The notes under the pieces: generated by a model | The model's input: only the letters and a program-made list of their open reading frames with translations | Database searches by the model: none | Told to the model about the DNA's origin: nothing | Translations under genes and position numbers: made by a program | Shown: one piece after another, positions 23,426-36,284 of the stretch | Numbering within the stretch: the stretch's first letter is position 1 | How the letters are laid out: every line of letters begins with the position of its first letter | NCBI RefSeq assembly: GCF_000143415.4 | Contig: NW_003314269.1 | Span: forward strand, 1,088,797 to 1,152,796 | DNA from: Selaginella moellendorffii | Taxonomy: Eukaryota > Plantae > Lycopodiophyta | Length of the DNA stretch: 64,000 nucleotides | Reading direction: 5' to 3'

Positions 23426-24351
23426 GGTGACCTTGATCTTCCCTAGCTAGCGCAACCCTACATTGCTCTTTCTTACCTGGAATGAAGAAGCCCTAGCCCT
23501 TGCCTTCCAAGGGGTTAAAGTTTACCACACCTTTAAGCGTTAGGTTTTAGGCTTTGCGAATATTCTTTAGTTTAACATGGAGAGCAAGAAGTGGTGGTTT
23601 TGGAGCTCATCTGAGACGCTGTAAGTCATTTCTTGTTGAAATGTTTCCATAAGCCTTGCTTGGGCATACACCTGAAGTTTGGTAGAGATGAAAGGCACTG
23701 ATTGAATTTGCTAGCTGTAGTGGTTTCTTGAGTGACATGGAGTGTCACACTTCATGAGGTGGTGACTTCTATACATGGTAATGTGACGTGGAGTGTCACA
23801 AGTTCCAGTCAAATTCTGGTAACTTCTACTAGCAGATGTAGTGTCCCAATCTGCTGAATTTCATGTTGAGTTGTGGCAATTTGCATGCTTCTTTATGAAG
23901 TCAAACATTGTATACATGGTTGGGATGTATTTTTGACACTTGATTTCTTCATGACGGGAAACTTATTGACACCCTGTTGTCTTTGTAGATACATAGGCTC
24001 TACACCATGATCACATGGCAACTTCCAATGGCAAGGAGAGGTCCTCTGTTCCTAAGTAGGATCTGTTGTTCTTAGGATCCTCGAGAGCTGGTTCAGCTGT
24101 AGGCTCTTTGGACCTAGCAAGTGAGGAATTATGCTTTTTGGGGATGGTGGAATACTGGGTGGCTAGGGATGGGATGGTGACAAGATTAGGGAAGCACTCA
24201 TGTCCATTTGCTATGCATCTAATTGAAGTTGCACACTTGGGTAGCTTGATCAAAAGATCTTCCATGTGAAATACCTAACCTACAATGGTGAAGATTTTAA
24301 CATTTATCTCAAGTTTTTGAATGTGCAGCACAAAACAACAAAGTAGAGGGG

Positions 24352-25430
24352 TGTAAAGAACCAACTCGCCAAGGTGTTGTAGGCTAAAGGATCCCCGAAA
24401 GCATGACCAAAATGACAAAGAGTTCATCGAATGGGACCGAGTCGAAGATCGAGTCCAAGACCGACTCTGAGACCGAGTTCGAAATAAAGTCTAGGACCGG
24501 GTCAAGGGGTGAAAGCCCAAAGCGTGTGTCTCCTGGGGGGGGGGGGGGGGTTGCAAGGGGTTCCAAAAGTATAGTAGGGATAGTGAGGTCTAGGAACCAG
24601 TTTTGAAGGAACTCTTAAGTGGGGCTTCCAAATTGACTTGAGGTTGGGACTGGGACCGAAGGGCCTTGGGTGGGAGTGAACATGGACTTGGTTGGTGCTG
24701 AAGGGGCCATCCAAGGAAGTGCTCAAGAGCAGCTCCCACTCCCGAAAGGGAAACCGACTACGGTGCTCCCGGCTCATGTGGAGTGGTGCCCCACTTGAGT
24801 ACCATGCGGCTCATTGGTCCTCGCCCTTCCTAGGGGCTTGGGCCTTCCTTCGGGATGGAAGTGGGGGGGTAGAGGTACCCATACCGGACCGTTAGGCCAC
24901 GGTGTTTCACCCCGGCGTCCCGAAGCAAGTGTTGCACCCAAGACTTGGGATTTAGAGGGTTCCATGATCAAAGTCTTGTGGTACCAAGGGGTGTTAGGAA
25001 CCTGGAGGCTTGGTGTGCTTGGCTGCTTGTACCTGCGGGGAGTGTAGCCGAACCTTAAGTCCAATCTAACCCGGGGAGGGGGATTGGGAGAGATTTGGGA
25101 ATCCGTGGATGGATGGTTAACGCTCCGTTGTTCGTGAAGTGAGTAGTTGAAACCAAGTAAGACCAAGTAGGAGTTGGTACCATAGGTGGGAACCTTGGCG
25201 AGGGAACTTAGCAAAACCCAAGGCATGGTTGGACGGATAGACAAGGTAAGCTGGCAAATTGGAAAGGAAAAATTTGTGGCTTACAAAGGGGAGGATAAAA
25301 TAAATGCTCTGTGTATGTATTTTGATGGAGAAAAAAGACAAGGATCACATAGAGACATAGGAGGAAGCCATGGCTTGGTGTGGGTAAATATTTCAGCTTG
25401 GCAATCCCATTGATAGGGCGTGCAATCACA
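24352..25430. mobile_element. Probable LTR (TG...CA) related to the minisatellite-LTR family
   Basis: Preceded by a purine tract (aaagtagagggg). Contains decayed gaccgag/gagtcc repeats and the GGGTGAAAGCCCAAAGCG...G-run...CCAAAAGTATAGTAGGG module shared with other LTRs. No TSD found. Confidence 0.5.
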
Positions 25431-25759
25431 CCCTATAAGCCTAATCAGCTTATATAGGTTTATTAGGCAACTCTATTATAGCCACACGGGTTCTAAATCA
25501 AGACCCTGATAGCAATGCATCAGATTTTCTGCAATAGTTTATCAGCAATTGTGAAGGCAAGAGCTACAGTATACAAGAGCAAGCCTCTACAAATGTTTCT
25601 TGTACCAGCTGAAGAGGGAATTTCTAAGGCCAAGGCTGCTGGGAAACTTGTCAAGATTCTTGTGCTTCAGAACTATTTTAAAAAATTTTGGTGTGGAGCT
25701 CGCCCAATAGATAGATTTTTTTAGAAGTCTCTATAAGCAGCAAGAGTACTAGGGGCAAG

Positions 25760-26700
25760 GTAAAAGAAGAGGCAAAGTAAAGAGCATTTTTCTAAGGTGA
25801 TAACTGTGGGAAATGGGCTCTTTTATGCTACAAAAGGATAATTGAAATTAATTGTAATTTCTTATCTGTTTGAGTTAATAGCATTTGATTTAATAGGGCT
25901 TTTTCTATGGTCAACTATATTATTATTATCTTAACTACTTGATTCATTGATTAAAAGTTAATGCTCTTACTAATGCATTTGAGATTGTTGTTAGATACTT
26001 CAATCTTCAATTGAATAGTGTTCTAACATTTTTGTTTAGAGTGGATTTTCTCAGATAATAATTCCACTTTTATGGCTAAGATATTTAATGTTTTGACATT
26101 TTAATTAGGGATATACCACACTTTCATAAGTGTTTATTATCCAAAAATAGCTGGTTTGGTGGAATTGATTTGGACCTTTAAAGGGATGATAATAAAGTAT
26201 GTTAACTTTTAATATTTGGATTGAGATGGTTATTTGCCATCTTTTCAGTATATATATGTTATAAAGGTACAGAGTTTTCTTGGTATTTCACCATATAAAT
26301 TTTTATATAGTCATGATTTGGTATTACTAATAAAGTTGAGTTTACCTTCATGATTTCCATGAGCTGATAATGTTAGTTTTAATATTAGTATTTGATAAAC
26401 ATTCTAGTTCAAATGAATTTTATTGAACACTTGGGTTACATATAAGTGGGATAACAATGACATTACAATTTCCATCATCATCCATCTGAGGAGTATAAAG
26501 TGGATAATCTAGTATTAATTCATTTTCCTAATTTTAAGATATGTGGTTTGTCTAAAAGGTTCTTTGCTCAATGGAAAGGATCATATCAAGTATTACGATA
26601 AGTTGGATTGCAAGTTTATGAACTTTGGCATGACATTTAATAGATTGATCTTTCAAAAATTATGCATATGTAAAGGTTTAGGGATTTATGAAGAAAGAAT
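25760..26700 (+). mobile_element. Heavily mutated Ty3/gypsy integrase relic, same family as 45393-58767
   Basis: gagttaatagcatttgatttaataggg and gtgtttattatccaaaaatagctggtttggtgg are decayed matches to the reverse complement of 45700-46570 (ELMAFDLMEPFPRST; SAYHPQSDGLVE). Confidence 0.7.
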
Positions 26701-26899
26701 AGAGTCTAATCAAATAAGCTTTAATTGAATTAGATGTTCTTGTTTTCTAGAACAAATGTTATATTCACTATATAAGCTCGAGAGAGTGAAAAGATGGATA
26801 TCACTCCCAAAAATGGTTTATATTGCCACAAAATATGGAAAGTTGGTTTTCAATTTAGCATAATCAACATTGGAAAAACATTGTCAATATATGTGTTGC

Positions 26900-29800
26900 A
26901 TATATGACTATGGGTATTGAAAGTTATTTATTAACAAGTCTTTTTAGATATTCTTTTCTTACTACCACAACAATAGAAAGTTATATTGTTAGACCCTTTA
27001 TCAATTTTAGTGTAGGGGGTTCTAAATGTATAGTAAGGATAGTGGGTAAATCGGGCATAGCTGACCAACTTGAGGTATACTCTAGCTCTCACTTATGTAT
27101 TTGTTCTTATTTTATGTCTAACTTGGGTTTAAGTCCAAATTTCATATTATGTTAGTTGGTGGAGTACTAATATCTTTATGTTATGTCACCAGTATGCTGA
27201 AATAATGCCAAACTTTGTTTGGTTCCATTTTGTGTGTTAGTTTCAATAATGGGATGCTAGATGCTTTAGAATTGTTTCTATGCCACTCCGTGCTCTTATC
27301 CCTTTGTTCCTTAGGTTGTATACTTAAGAGTTATTTCATGCTCTACTTCCTTCACTTTTAAGCTTTATGCTTGAGAGTTTGGCTTCATTTCCTCATTTAG
27401 TGGCCCAAGGCCCTAAAATTTGGATTCTACTTTGCTATCTTTGGACATGTGGTATGTGGCATGTGGCATGTGGAGGGTTTAGTTATCTTATGGTAAATCA
27501 CCATAGGATAAAGGGTGAAAACCATATGCACTACATTTAGTATTAAATGATGAGTTTTAGCAAGTACTATCCAATGAGATTAGGCAACTAGTCTCGTTGT
27601 ATATATAGAGATGAAAACAATGATCCGATTGAGTACACATTTGGGTGCTATGACTTCGCATTTATTCCTTGGGTATAGATTTTAGTTACCTTTTTGTACC
27701 ATATTGTATGAGCTTGCACTTGGGCTTATAAGAAGGATTAAGAAGGATTGAGGTGTACCATTTGCACAAGTTTGCACTTAAGCTTATGAGTGAGGCACAT
27801 TAACAACTCAAGGATACATTTTGAGTTGGTAAAATTAATGTTAGCCTATTGTTGGTTACCATGAGTTGTTCCTTGTACCATAGGTAAAAGTAAACCTCCC
27901 TTGGGTTTGCTATAAATGGCAAATAAGTTATGTCATATCTATTTAGCAAAGCATTAGTGGATCCTTCCTAGACATAATTATAAATGGATCAATCAATACT
28001 ATATGGATTAGTCTATTAGTTCAAGTAGTCATTACCATACTCGTTATAAAATTTTCTTGGATTAAACTAAAGGTAGTGCAAATGTAAGTTTGAGGTTTGG
28101 TCAAGTTGAGTTCAAATAAAATGAGTCGTTAGGGACAAAAGATCAAATACATAAATCATTTTTTATTCTTCGAGAGATGGTTTGGCAACAAAATGTGATT
28201 TTATTGCTCATATTCATATCATGCAACTAAGAGTCCCTATCTTAATACATATTGGTTATAATGGTTTTACAAGTGGTGAGTCATGAGATAGATAGTGGTG
28301 AAGCACTAAACCATTTTCTTAAGCTTGCTATTGGAAAACTTGGGTTACAATGCTTAATTATTTCTAAGGAACCTTGTTATTACTCCTTGAGTAGTTTGGG
28401 GATTAATTTTGAGTTTGGTCAAAATGAGAGTAATATAAACTTGTCTATATTGTGAACAAAGTTGGTGGTGTTAGGTGTTGTAAATCTTTATCGGTGAGGT
28501 GTGGCATTTATATTGCATTTTGTCAAATTGAGTTAGCACTTGATATTCACGTAAACTTTTGTACTAGTGATATAGGTATTACTTATGGTATTGTTCAATA
28601 AATGATCAAGTCATTGTAATTTTTATATCATATCCTTGTGATCATGAATAATGTGTTTACGAAGTTGCTTGGTTAAACAATAATTAACCCAAAGTGGTTG
28701 ATAGTAAAGTTAGTTTACTTGCAAAGTAGTAACATTGAAGTAGTTTTGACTTAGTTCTTAATAGTGGTCATTTATGCTAAGTTTGAATTGGTACATTGGT
28801 TTTTGAGAAGTTGCCTATTGAAGTGTTGGAAAAAGTTATAACATTTATTTGCTATAACTTGTTAGTAAATTTGTTAACACTTGGAGTAAATTATTGGATG
28901 GAGAAGGTATGAAGTTAATGCATTGATATTACTAACACTTGTGTTAGTGGAAGTGACATTATTGTTTTGAGTGATGAGGAGTTTTTCCTCAGAGTTTGAT
29001 TTTTCATATCATTTTTTCTTGTTAGTGTTTTAGTTTCACATTAGATCTTGAAGGTGATTATAAAAGAGTGTTAATGCAATATGGATATCCAAAGATATAG
29101 TCTTCATGATTGAGTCTTGGCTATTTATTTGCATTTTACAGATATCAATGTTGAATATCGAAAATATAGGCATGCTTAAGCATATTGTTAAATTATGAGA
29201 ATTTTTATTGAGGTGAACCTAAATGAAGTTGTAGGTGGAAGTTGATTAAGTCTTGAAAGTTTGTACTTTTATATTGAAAGTTATTCTTTTCTAGGATGGA
29301 AAATTTTCTATAAATTTTCTTAAACTTTTCTAATAGCTGATCTATTGATTATTTTGCCTGAAAATCATTCTATTTTTGTAACCCAATACAAAATAGTGAA
29401 AGGGTTGAAGTTTAATTTGGTTGGTTTAAACCTTAATAATAATACAGCCTAAAAAGAATGTTAATCTTTTGGGGATAAAGCAATTAAGTTAAATAAAATC
29501 TAAAGTTAGTGTAGAAAAATGGCTATTGCACTTTTCTAAAAAGGTGACTCTTTTGCCTTTCTTTTATAACATTATGCTAAGTGACAAGTTGTACATTGCA
29601 TCTTATTAGACTCTATGAGAGTAATGAGCTCTCATTAATCTTGACTTGGTCTTAGTAGCCTTGTATCTTAAATGTGATGGTAATATCTAACTTAGTTATT
29701 TACAGTTGAGGTGTTAGTACTTAATATATTATAACTTTATCCATTAAAGGTTGTGCCAATATGATTCCATTTCATGGTTTTCACTTTAATTTTAACTGAG

Positions 29801-31440
29801 TGTTGATCACGCTATCTAGCCTCTTTGGATATGTTCAAAGCTATCAATTAAATACATTGGTAAGTTTATTGTGGTTGGATTGAATTTGAGTGGTCCTTTT
29901 ATTCGTACTTGTCTATATTTTTATGTCTTGTACCTAGAGTGTTACCTTCTTGTTAGATATGTATATAATTTGGTAATGTCAATTTAGTGTTTGGGTCTTG
30001 TGAAGGCAAGTTGACAAATGATTATTGGTTGTTTTGCAATTAATGATTATTTGTAAACTTTGTTGAGGACTACTGACACTTACTTCACTTAATAATGATT
30101 TAGTAGTGATGGGCTTACTTTATTCGTGGTATTGCAAATGATAGTATTGTTAAATTTTTACTTTTTTATGTTGGTATGTGAATTCTACTTCTGTCAATAT
30201 TATTTGGTTGCATTTAGTTCGTGGTGTTGGATTTTATTAAGTCTTGAATATAGTGATTCACTCATTGATGATATGTTATCTATAGTTGAGTATTTTTGAA
30301 AGATTGTTTTAGATATTGAATAAGGTATCTTTGACTTAGTTAACTTGGTTGTTATAAAGCTTTGAGTGGTGATTTACTCTTACTTTCTTTTAGTTTTATC
30401 CTAGTGTTGATGGTATTAAAGTGATATTCTATTGTTGACATTATCGATAATGAAATTGAAGTGAAATGACATGTCTTTCCATATGATTAATATTGAGTTT
30501 CCTTAGTTTCAATGCAGATAGTGTTGATAATTTTAGTTGTAGTTTTGTATTATTTGCATTTATACATTTTTAGTTAAACAATAATATTGGTGTTCAAATG
30601 CTTTGAGTGGCAACTATAAAACAAGTTAATATAAGCTTCTTTGAGCTTTTGGTTCTTTGAGTTTTTATACTTATTATTTCATTTGCTAGAAGTTGTTAGA
30701 GAAGGCATTTTGGTTCATTAATTCTGATAATGAAGTTAATATTTTACATCTAGCAATCATTGGTGTCTATGAAATTTAGAGATTGTATTGAACACAATGG
30801 TATTAGTATCATATTCAAATTCACAATTTAACACCATTCCATATTTAATAAGTTTCAAATTTGTCCCAACTCTTAATACTAAAGGGTTGTAGGGGTTCCA
30901 AATATATGGTAAATATAATGGGTAAGTCAAGCATGGCCAACCAACCTGAGGCATAATCTAGTTCTTGCTTATATGCCTGTTCTTATTTTGTGTCCGGCTT
31001 AGGTTTAAGCCTATATACTAAATTATAAAGTACCCATATCCTTGCATTAGACCACTGCTATACTAAATGTTTAAGGTTTTAGTGCCAAACTCTATTTTGC
31101 TCCATTTTACGTGTTAGTCCTAACATTGAGATGGTGGATGCTTTAGAACTGTTCTTATATCACTCTGTGTTCTTATCCCTTTGCTCTTTAAACTATACAT
31201 TTGAGAGTCATTTCATATTTTGCTTTCTTCACTCCTAAGTTTTATATTTAAGAGTTTAGTTCTGTTCCTTCATTTAGTGGCCCAAGGCCCTAAAATTTGA
31301 GTTCTGCTTTGTTATCTTTAGACATGTGACATGTGGCATGTGGCATGTGATACATGGCATATACAGGGTTTAAAATCCACTTCATAGTTATTCTATGATA
31401 AATCATCATAGGATAAAGGATGAAAACCATATGCACTATA
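26900..31440 (+). mobile_element. Old, C>T/G>A-decayed copy of the LARD-like element at 46787-53656
   Basis: LTR-like segments at ~26900-27536 and ~30885-31440. Decayed PBS (tttagtattaaa). Internal 27540-30760 is collinear with 47920-51610. Confidence 0.82.
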
Positions 31441-32448
31441 ATGTGATATTAATCTTTATTATAACAATGATTTTTTATGAACTACAAAATTAAGGCCATT
31501 ATACAAGGAAAAAAGGTTTAATAACAACACTCTAATTGGCATTTTTATAATCAATTACCATAGCAAAAAACAAGATCAATAGTATTATATTAGAAGGAAG
31601 TAAAAATACTATATATAAAACTAAGTATATAAATAGTAAAACTCACATGCATAAATTGTTTTTATTTTAAAGGTTTTTTAGTTTAGAAAACTTATATAGA
31701 ACACAATATTCAATATTATACATAACTTAGTATGATAAAGAAACTCATATAAATATATACCTCCTAATCACAATAAGTGAGGAGAATGTCTCTTAGGAAT
31801 GACAATATAGGTAGAGAAGTTATGCTTTAAGCTTTTAGATTATCTCAATAATTACAATAATAACTAGAAGGACTATAAATTATCTAAGATTTTAGAGTAG
31901 AGAGAGAGAGAAAGAGTATGGCTATAATGCCATATATTAATATTAGTATAAGGGGATTTTAATAGCTGTTAGATTGGTTTCAATTTGGACCACTCACTCC
32001 TGTATATAAGCTAAGGTTTTTGGGCAAATTGATATACACATTTTTATATTCCATTTTTATATTCTATGCATTCACATTAGTGGAGGTGAGGATAATTTTG
32101 GTTATCTCTTAGGAGTGCTTGGATTTGGGATTTTTCTTTATATCTAGCTTTTGCATTGTCTAGATCTCCTTTTTCTTATAGCTTTTTTCAATTTTTGCTC
32201 TTTTAACTTTTTTTCTTTTTGTTCTTTTTATGGCAACAACCTCCTCCTCCTTTGACTCTAAAGTAACAATTGGTGTAATTGCTCAATGCTATGTAGTTGT
32301 ATTTGAAGAAGCAAACTTAATTAATGTTGACATTCATGGCATGTGGTATAACTCCTCTTGCTCTTGCTGCCAATCTTTGCGTTTGGCCAAAGTTCTTCTA
32401 TGGGAATCCTGGGGATAATGTGTACTATTATTGATTCGATTGATGCCG

Positions 32449-32900
32449 TGTAAGCTCTTGAGTTTGGACTTCTCGGGAGTCGTTCCCTTTGGTTGTTTAC
32501 AATCCACCACGCTTTTCTGCAAGTTCACACCCTCGTGAACGGAAGCTGAGAGCCACAGCTCTCCCGAAAGCCCCGCTCTCTTGACACCCTACCCCTTGGG
32601 TCGAGCCCAGCGGGAGCAAATTGGACCAGCTAGATGTCAATTAACATGTGGTGTGATTCCCCTAGCCAACCAACAAAGTCGGACCCGAGACCTCTCTAAT
32701 ACCAAATGTAAGCTCCTGAGTTTGGACTTCCCAGGAGGTCACTCAACCCAATATTATTCAAACCCAAGGACACTTAACCCCAAATATTCCAAGACCCTTA
32801 ACCAATTGGAAAAGGGGGTGCATTCTTGTTCATAGGCCCTTTTCCTCTATATTTAAACCTTATAGATCGTCTCTCGAGTCGTTCCCTTTGGTTGTTTACA
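32449..32900 (-). mobile_element. Cassandra-like TRIM with 5S rRNA-derived LTR segment
   Basis: TSD TGCCG at 32444-32448 and 32901-32905. LTRs 32707-32900 (194 bp) and 32449-32501 (internally deleted), both TG...CA. Met-type PBS (minus tggtattagag) and PPT-like gaaaagcgtggtggat. 32724-32790 on the minus strand aligns with the 5S internal promoter region, including an exact GTGACCTCCTGGGAAGTCC. Confidence 0.88.
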
Positions 32901-33148
32901 TGCCGGTGTTTCCATAAGTTTCCCATATGTCTCCAAGGATAGCACTGCAGTGATATAATGGTTTGAGCGCAACCACTCGTAAGGATTGAAACATTCTTTC
33001 GGATGTCTTTAAAAGTGAATTTGGACATGCTGATGATTGTGATGATACCTTCCAACAATTACATCATTTTTGTCAAGGTTCATTTAAGTTAATGATGCAA
33101 TTTGGCATTCATTTCGAAAGCTTCTTGCTTCATGCAGAGCCAAATATG

Positions 33149-34894
33149 TGTGAAACACAAAATCCCTAGGCCCCAAAGTGGAGCCGGAAGGGCGCCACAT
33201 GGTAGTGGCCGAAGCGAGAGCCAAACGAGCGTAACACGTTTGGACCAAAAGCTCCGACTTGAAAAGTCAAGAGCGGGAGTGGAACTCCCAACGAAGTGCT
33301 CGAGGAACGAGCACGAAGCGAGCAAAAGGCGAGGCTCCAAAAAGGGACCTAAAAGGACCAACACATGAGACGTGGGAGTGTCCGAGATGGACTCGAGTTG
33401 GAGTCCGAAGTGGAGTCCGAGATGGACCCGAGTTGGAGTCCGAAGTGGAGTCCGAGATGGACCCGAGTTGGAGTCCGAAGTGGAGTCCGAGATGGACCCG
33501 AGATGGAGTCCGAAGTGGAGTCCGAGGTGGACCCGAGATGGACCCGAGTTGGAGTCCGAAGTGGAGTCTGAGATGGACCCGAGATGGAGTCCGAGATGGA
33601 GTCCGAGATGGAGTCCGAGGTGGACCCGAGATGGACCCGAAATGGAGTCCGAGATGGACCCAATATGGAGTCCGAGATGGAGTCCGAGATGGACCCGAGA
33701 TGGACCCGAGATGGAGTCCGAGATGGAGTCCGAGATGGAGTCCGAGATGGAGTCCGAAGTCGAGACCGAGACCGGGACCGAGACCGAGACCGAGATCGGG
33801 ACCGAGACCGAGACCGAGGCCGAGCCCGAGGCCGAGCCCGAGTCCGAGTCCAAATCCGAGTCCAAGTCCGAGTCTGAGTCCGAGTCCGAGTCCGAGTCCG
33901 GAGCCTGAGAGGGTGAAAGCCCAAAGCGTTCGTCTCCCAGACCCTGGGGGGTTTGGTGAGCTCCAAAAGTATAGTAGGGGGAGGACTGCAGTGGAGCCAG
34001 TTTGGCCAGGAAAGGCCAGTTTGGCCCAGGAAGGCCGGACCCAGTGTTGGGTGATGAGCTGCCCACTGGGAAGTCCAAGACTAGAGTGAACACAGACCGA
34101 CAAGCGGGGTAGCTTGGTGAAGTGTTCAAGAGCCGGCTCTAGTTCCCCCGGGAGATCGATTGGCCGATGCTCCCAGTCCAAGTGTGGGTGGCACTACCTA
34201 CTTGGATACCAGGCGTGGCTCAATGGAACCTCGCTCTAAGCCCATGGCTAGAGCACCTAAAGGCGATAGGTGGGGAGAGTACCCAGGTGGCTCGCGTAAG
34301 TCCGAAATGTTGTCCCAAAGGCCCAGACTGTGGAAAGGAAGAGGAGCAGTCCTCTGGAGAAGTGACCAAGGACGCAGTCGTGTGGTGAGGAAGTCCCAGA
34401 GGACCGTGGGACTTAGTGGTCGGGCCTGTGGGTCTCGATCCAGTGGCAGTGTTGGCAAACACGGCCAGGGGCAGAAAGGGACTTAGTGGGGACTGATAGA
34501 GGGATATTGGGGAAGGCTATTCCCCTTGTCGGTGGGCATCCTAAGGATGCTAAGGAGTGGATCTGAGATGACCACTCACGGATGGTTTGCCTAGTCTTGG
34601 AGAGCCAAGACGGTGATGCAAGTGGTATTGGACTACCAGTGTGGCAAAGGTGATTGGGCATGGCTTTAGCGTAACGGGCTGCTATGTCGGTGGTACCTTT
34701 GAGTGTCGGTCACAGGATCGGACACGTGGAGCACTCGGACCAAGTGCAAATGTTGAGTGGCATGGATGCCATTCTCGGGGCTAGCAAGTCCCAAGTCCTG
34801 GATTGGACTTATAGAGGTTGTGAATGAGACTCCTCCAAGTGGTCAGAGGTGTGGTTAAGTGACTAAAGTAGAATGGAAAATTTAGTCGCTTACA
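33149..34894 (+). mobile_element. Solo LTR (1746 bp) containing a minisatellite
   Basis: TG...CA ends and TSD ATATG (33144-33148, 34895-34899). It splits the host gag at AEPNM|ERIKLG. Strand is only relative to the other copies. Confidence 0.9.
33375..33902. repeat. Minisatellite of 11/12-bp units (gagatggagtcc, gagatggaccc, gaagtggagtcc) grading into 6-bp units (gagacc, gagtcc)
   Basis: Directly visible periodicity. It produces the spurious overlapping SD/RT/WSPR-repeat ORFs. Confidence 0.95.
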
Positions 34895-36284
34895 ATATGT
34901 TAGAGCGTATCAAGTTGGGAATGTTATGGCCAGCACTTCATCAAGATCTTGTAAAACTTATGCATGCATTTGCTCCAACCACTTTTGATGATGCTTTATG
35001 TTTAGCACAACATTATGAGATATCACCTCTTCCACTTCTCGCTACATGTCCTTCAGCTCCACTTTCTGTGGAAGATGGTCCTGTTTCAATGGAGGTTGAT
35101 GTTGCTACTATTCGAATTCAAAAACAAGGGTGAGGATATGGTTGTGGCCTTGATGTCTGATGCTGAACGTGTGATGAAGTTGGTCACACTTATCGGTGTT
35201 GTTAGCATTGTTTGGATTGGCAACCTCCATTTCCTAGGTGGACACCTTGACATTAGAATGTCCTATTAGTGTTGTTACAATGGAAGGTTTAAGCACTGAG
35301 ATACTTCTAAGAAACGAAGAGTCTTGCAAGTAGCAAAGGGTTCTTATGCAAATAAGTCAATAACCCCTCTTTCTTTCATGAGTATCATCAAGGGGGTTCA
35401 CTAGACACCAATTCATCTAATGTTTATTTTCCAAATTTGATGTCTCATATTATTCTCTCTATATTGGTTGATACAGGTTTGAGTTTATCTTTTATTTCTT
35501 GGTCTATTGCCATATGTTATTATCTAGATTTGATCATGTGGCAGAGCCAATTTTCATTCTTTATGGCAACAGCCATACATATGTATATGCACAGGATAAG
35601 GCAGATCTAGTTGTGAGTGTGGATGATCTCAAGCTTGAATTGTAATCATTGCGGATGGTGTCAAGTCAAACTTTCAACCTTATCCTTAGTATAGATTAAT
35701 TGCAGCACAATCATGCCAAATATAATTTTGAGGCTTCTCCTCTTTGTTTAAGACTTTCTTATATTAAATCCATTCCTCTCACTTTTATTCCTTTTTGTTT
35801 CTCTACTTTTACTTTTGCTTCTATCACTTTTGTTTTTTTATTATTTCCTCTTATGTTTCCATTTTGTTCCTCTATTCCTTCTTCTGATCCCTCCGATGGT
35901 CTTTATGTTGCAGCAGTTGACTAGCTCATGAAAGAATGTGCCAATCTCTTTGAATTTGAAATATCATCTAGGGTTAAGATTACAACATGTCATCCTATTC
36001 CAATTGGGGATGCTCATCCAATCAAGGTTCTTGGTCATTGTCAGTCATCAAAAGAGATCAAGATTTTACGTGCAAACATCAAAGAGATGTTGGAAAAGGG
36101 TGTTATTCAAAAGTTGTAGGGTCTTTGGGCATGTGAACCTCATCTTGTGATGAAGCTTAATGGGTGTATTCATTTTCATATAGACTATCATTTATTAAAT
36201 AAAGTAATAATCCCAAATGTATACCCTCTTCCTCACACTATTGATCTCTAGAATTGTCTAGGAGAAGTCATTGGTTCACCAAAC

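Noticed and set aside
32724-32790. Functional 5S rRNA gene
   Set aside because: Only the internal ~65 nt is present, diverged and embedded in a TRIM LTR.
34045-34080. ctgggaagtcc in the solo LTR resembling the 5S C-box region
   Set aside because: Only an 11-bp match, not conserved in the other copies of that LTR.
33089-34181. Long SD/RT/WSPR-repeat ORFs, also resembling a CRISPR array or Sdr-like protein
   Set aside because: They arise in several frames from a stop-poor minisatellite inside a solo LTR. There are no unique spacers and no cas genes.
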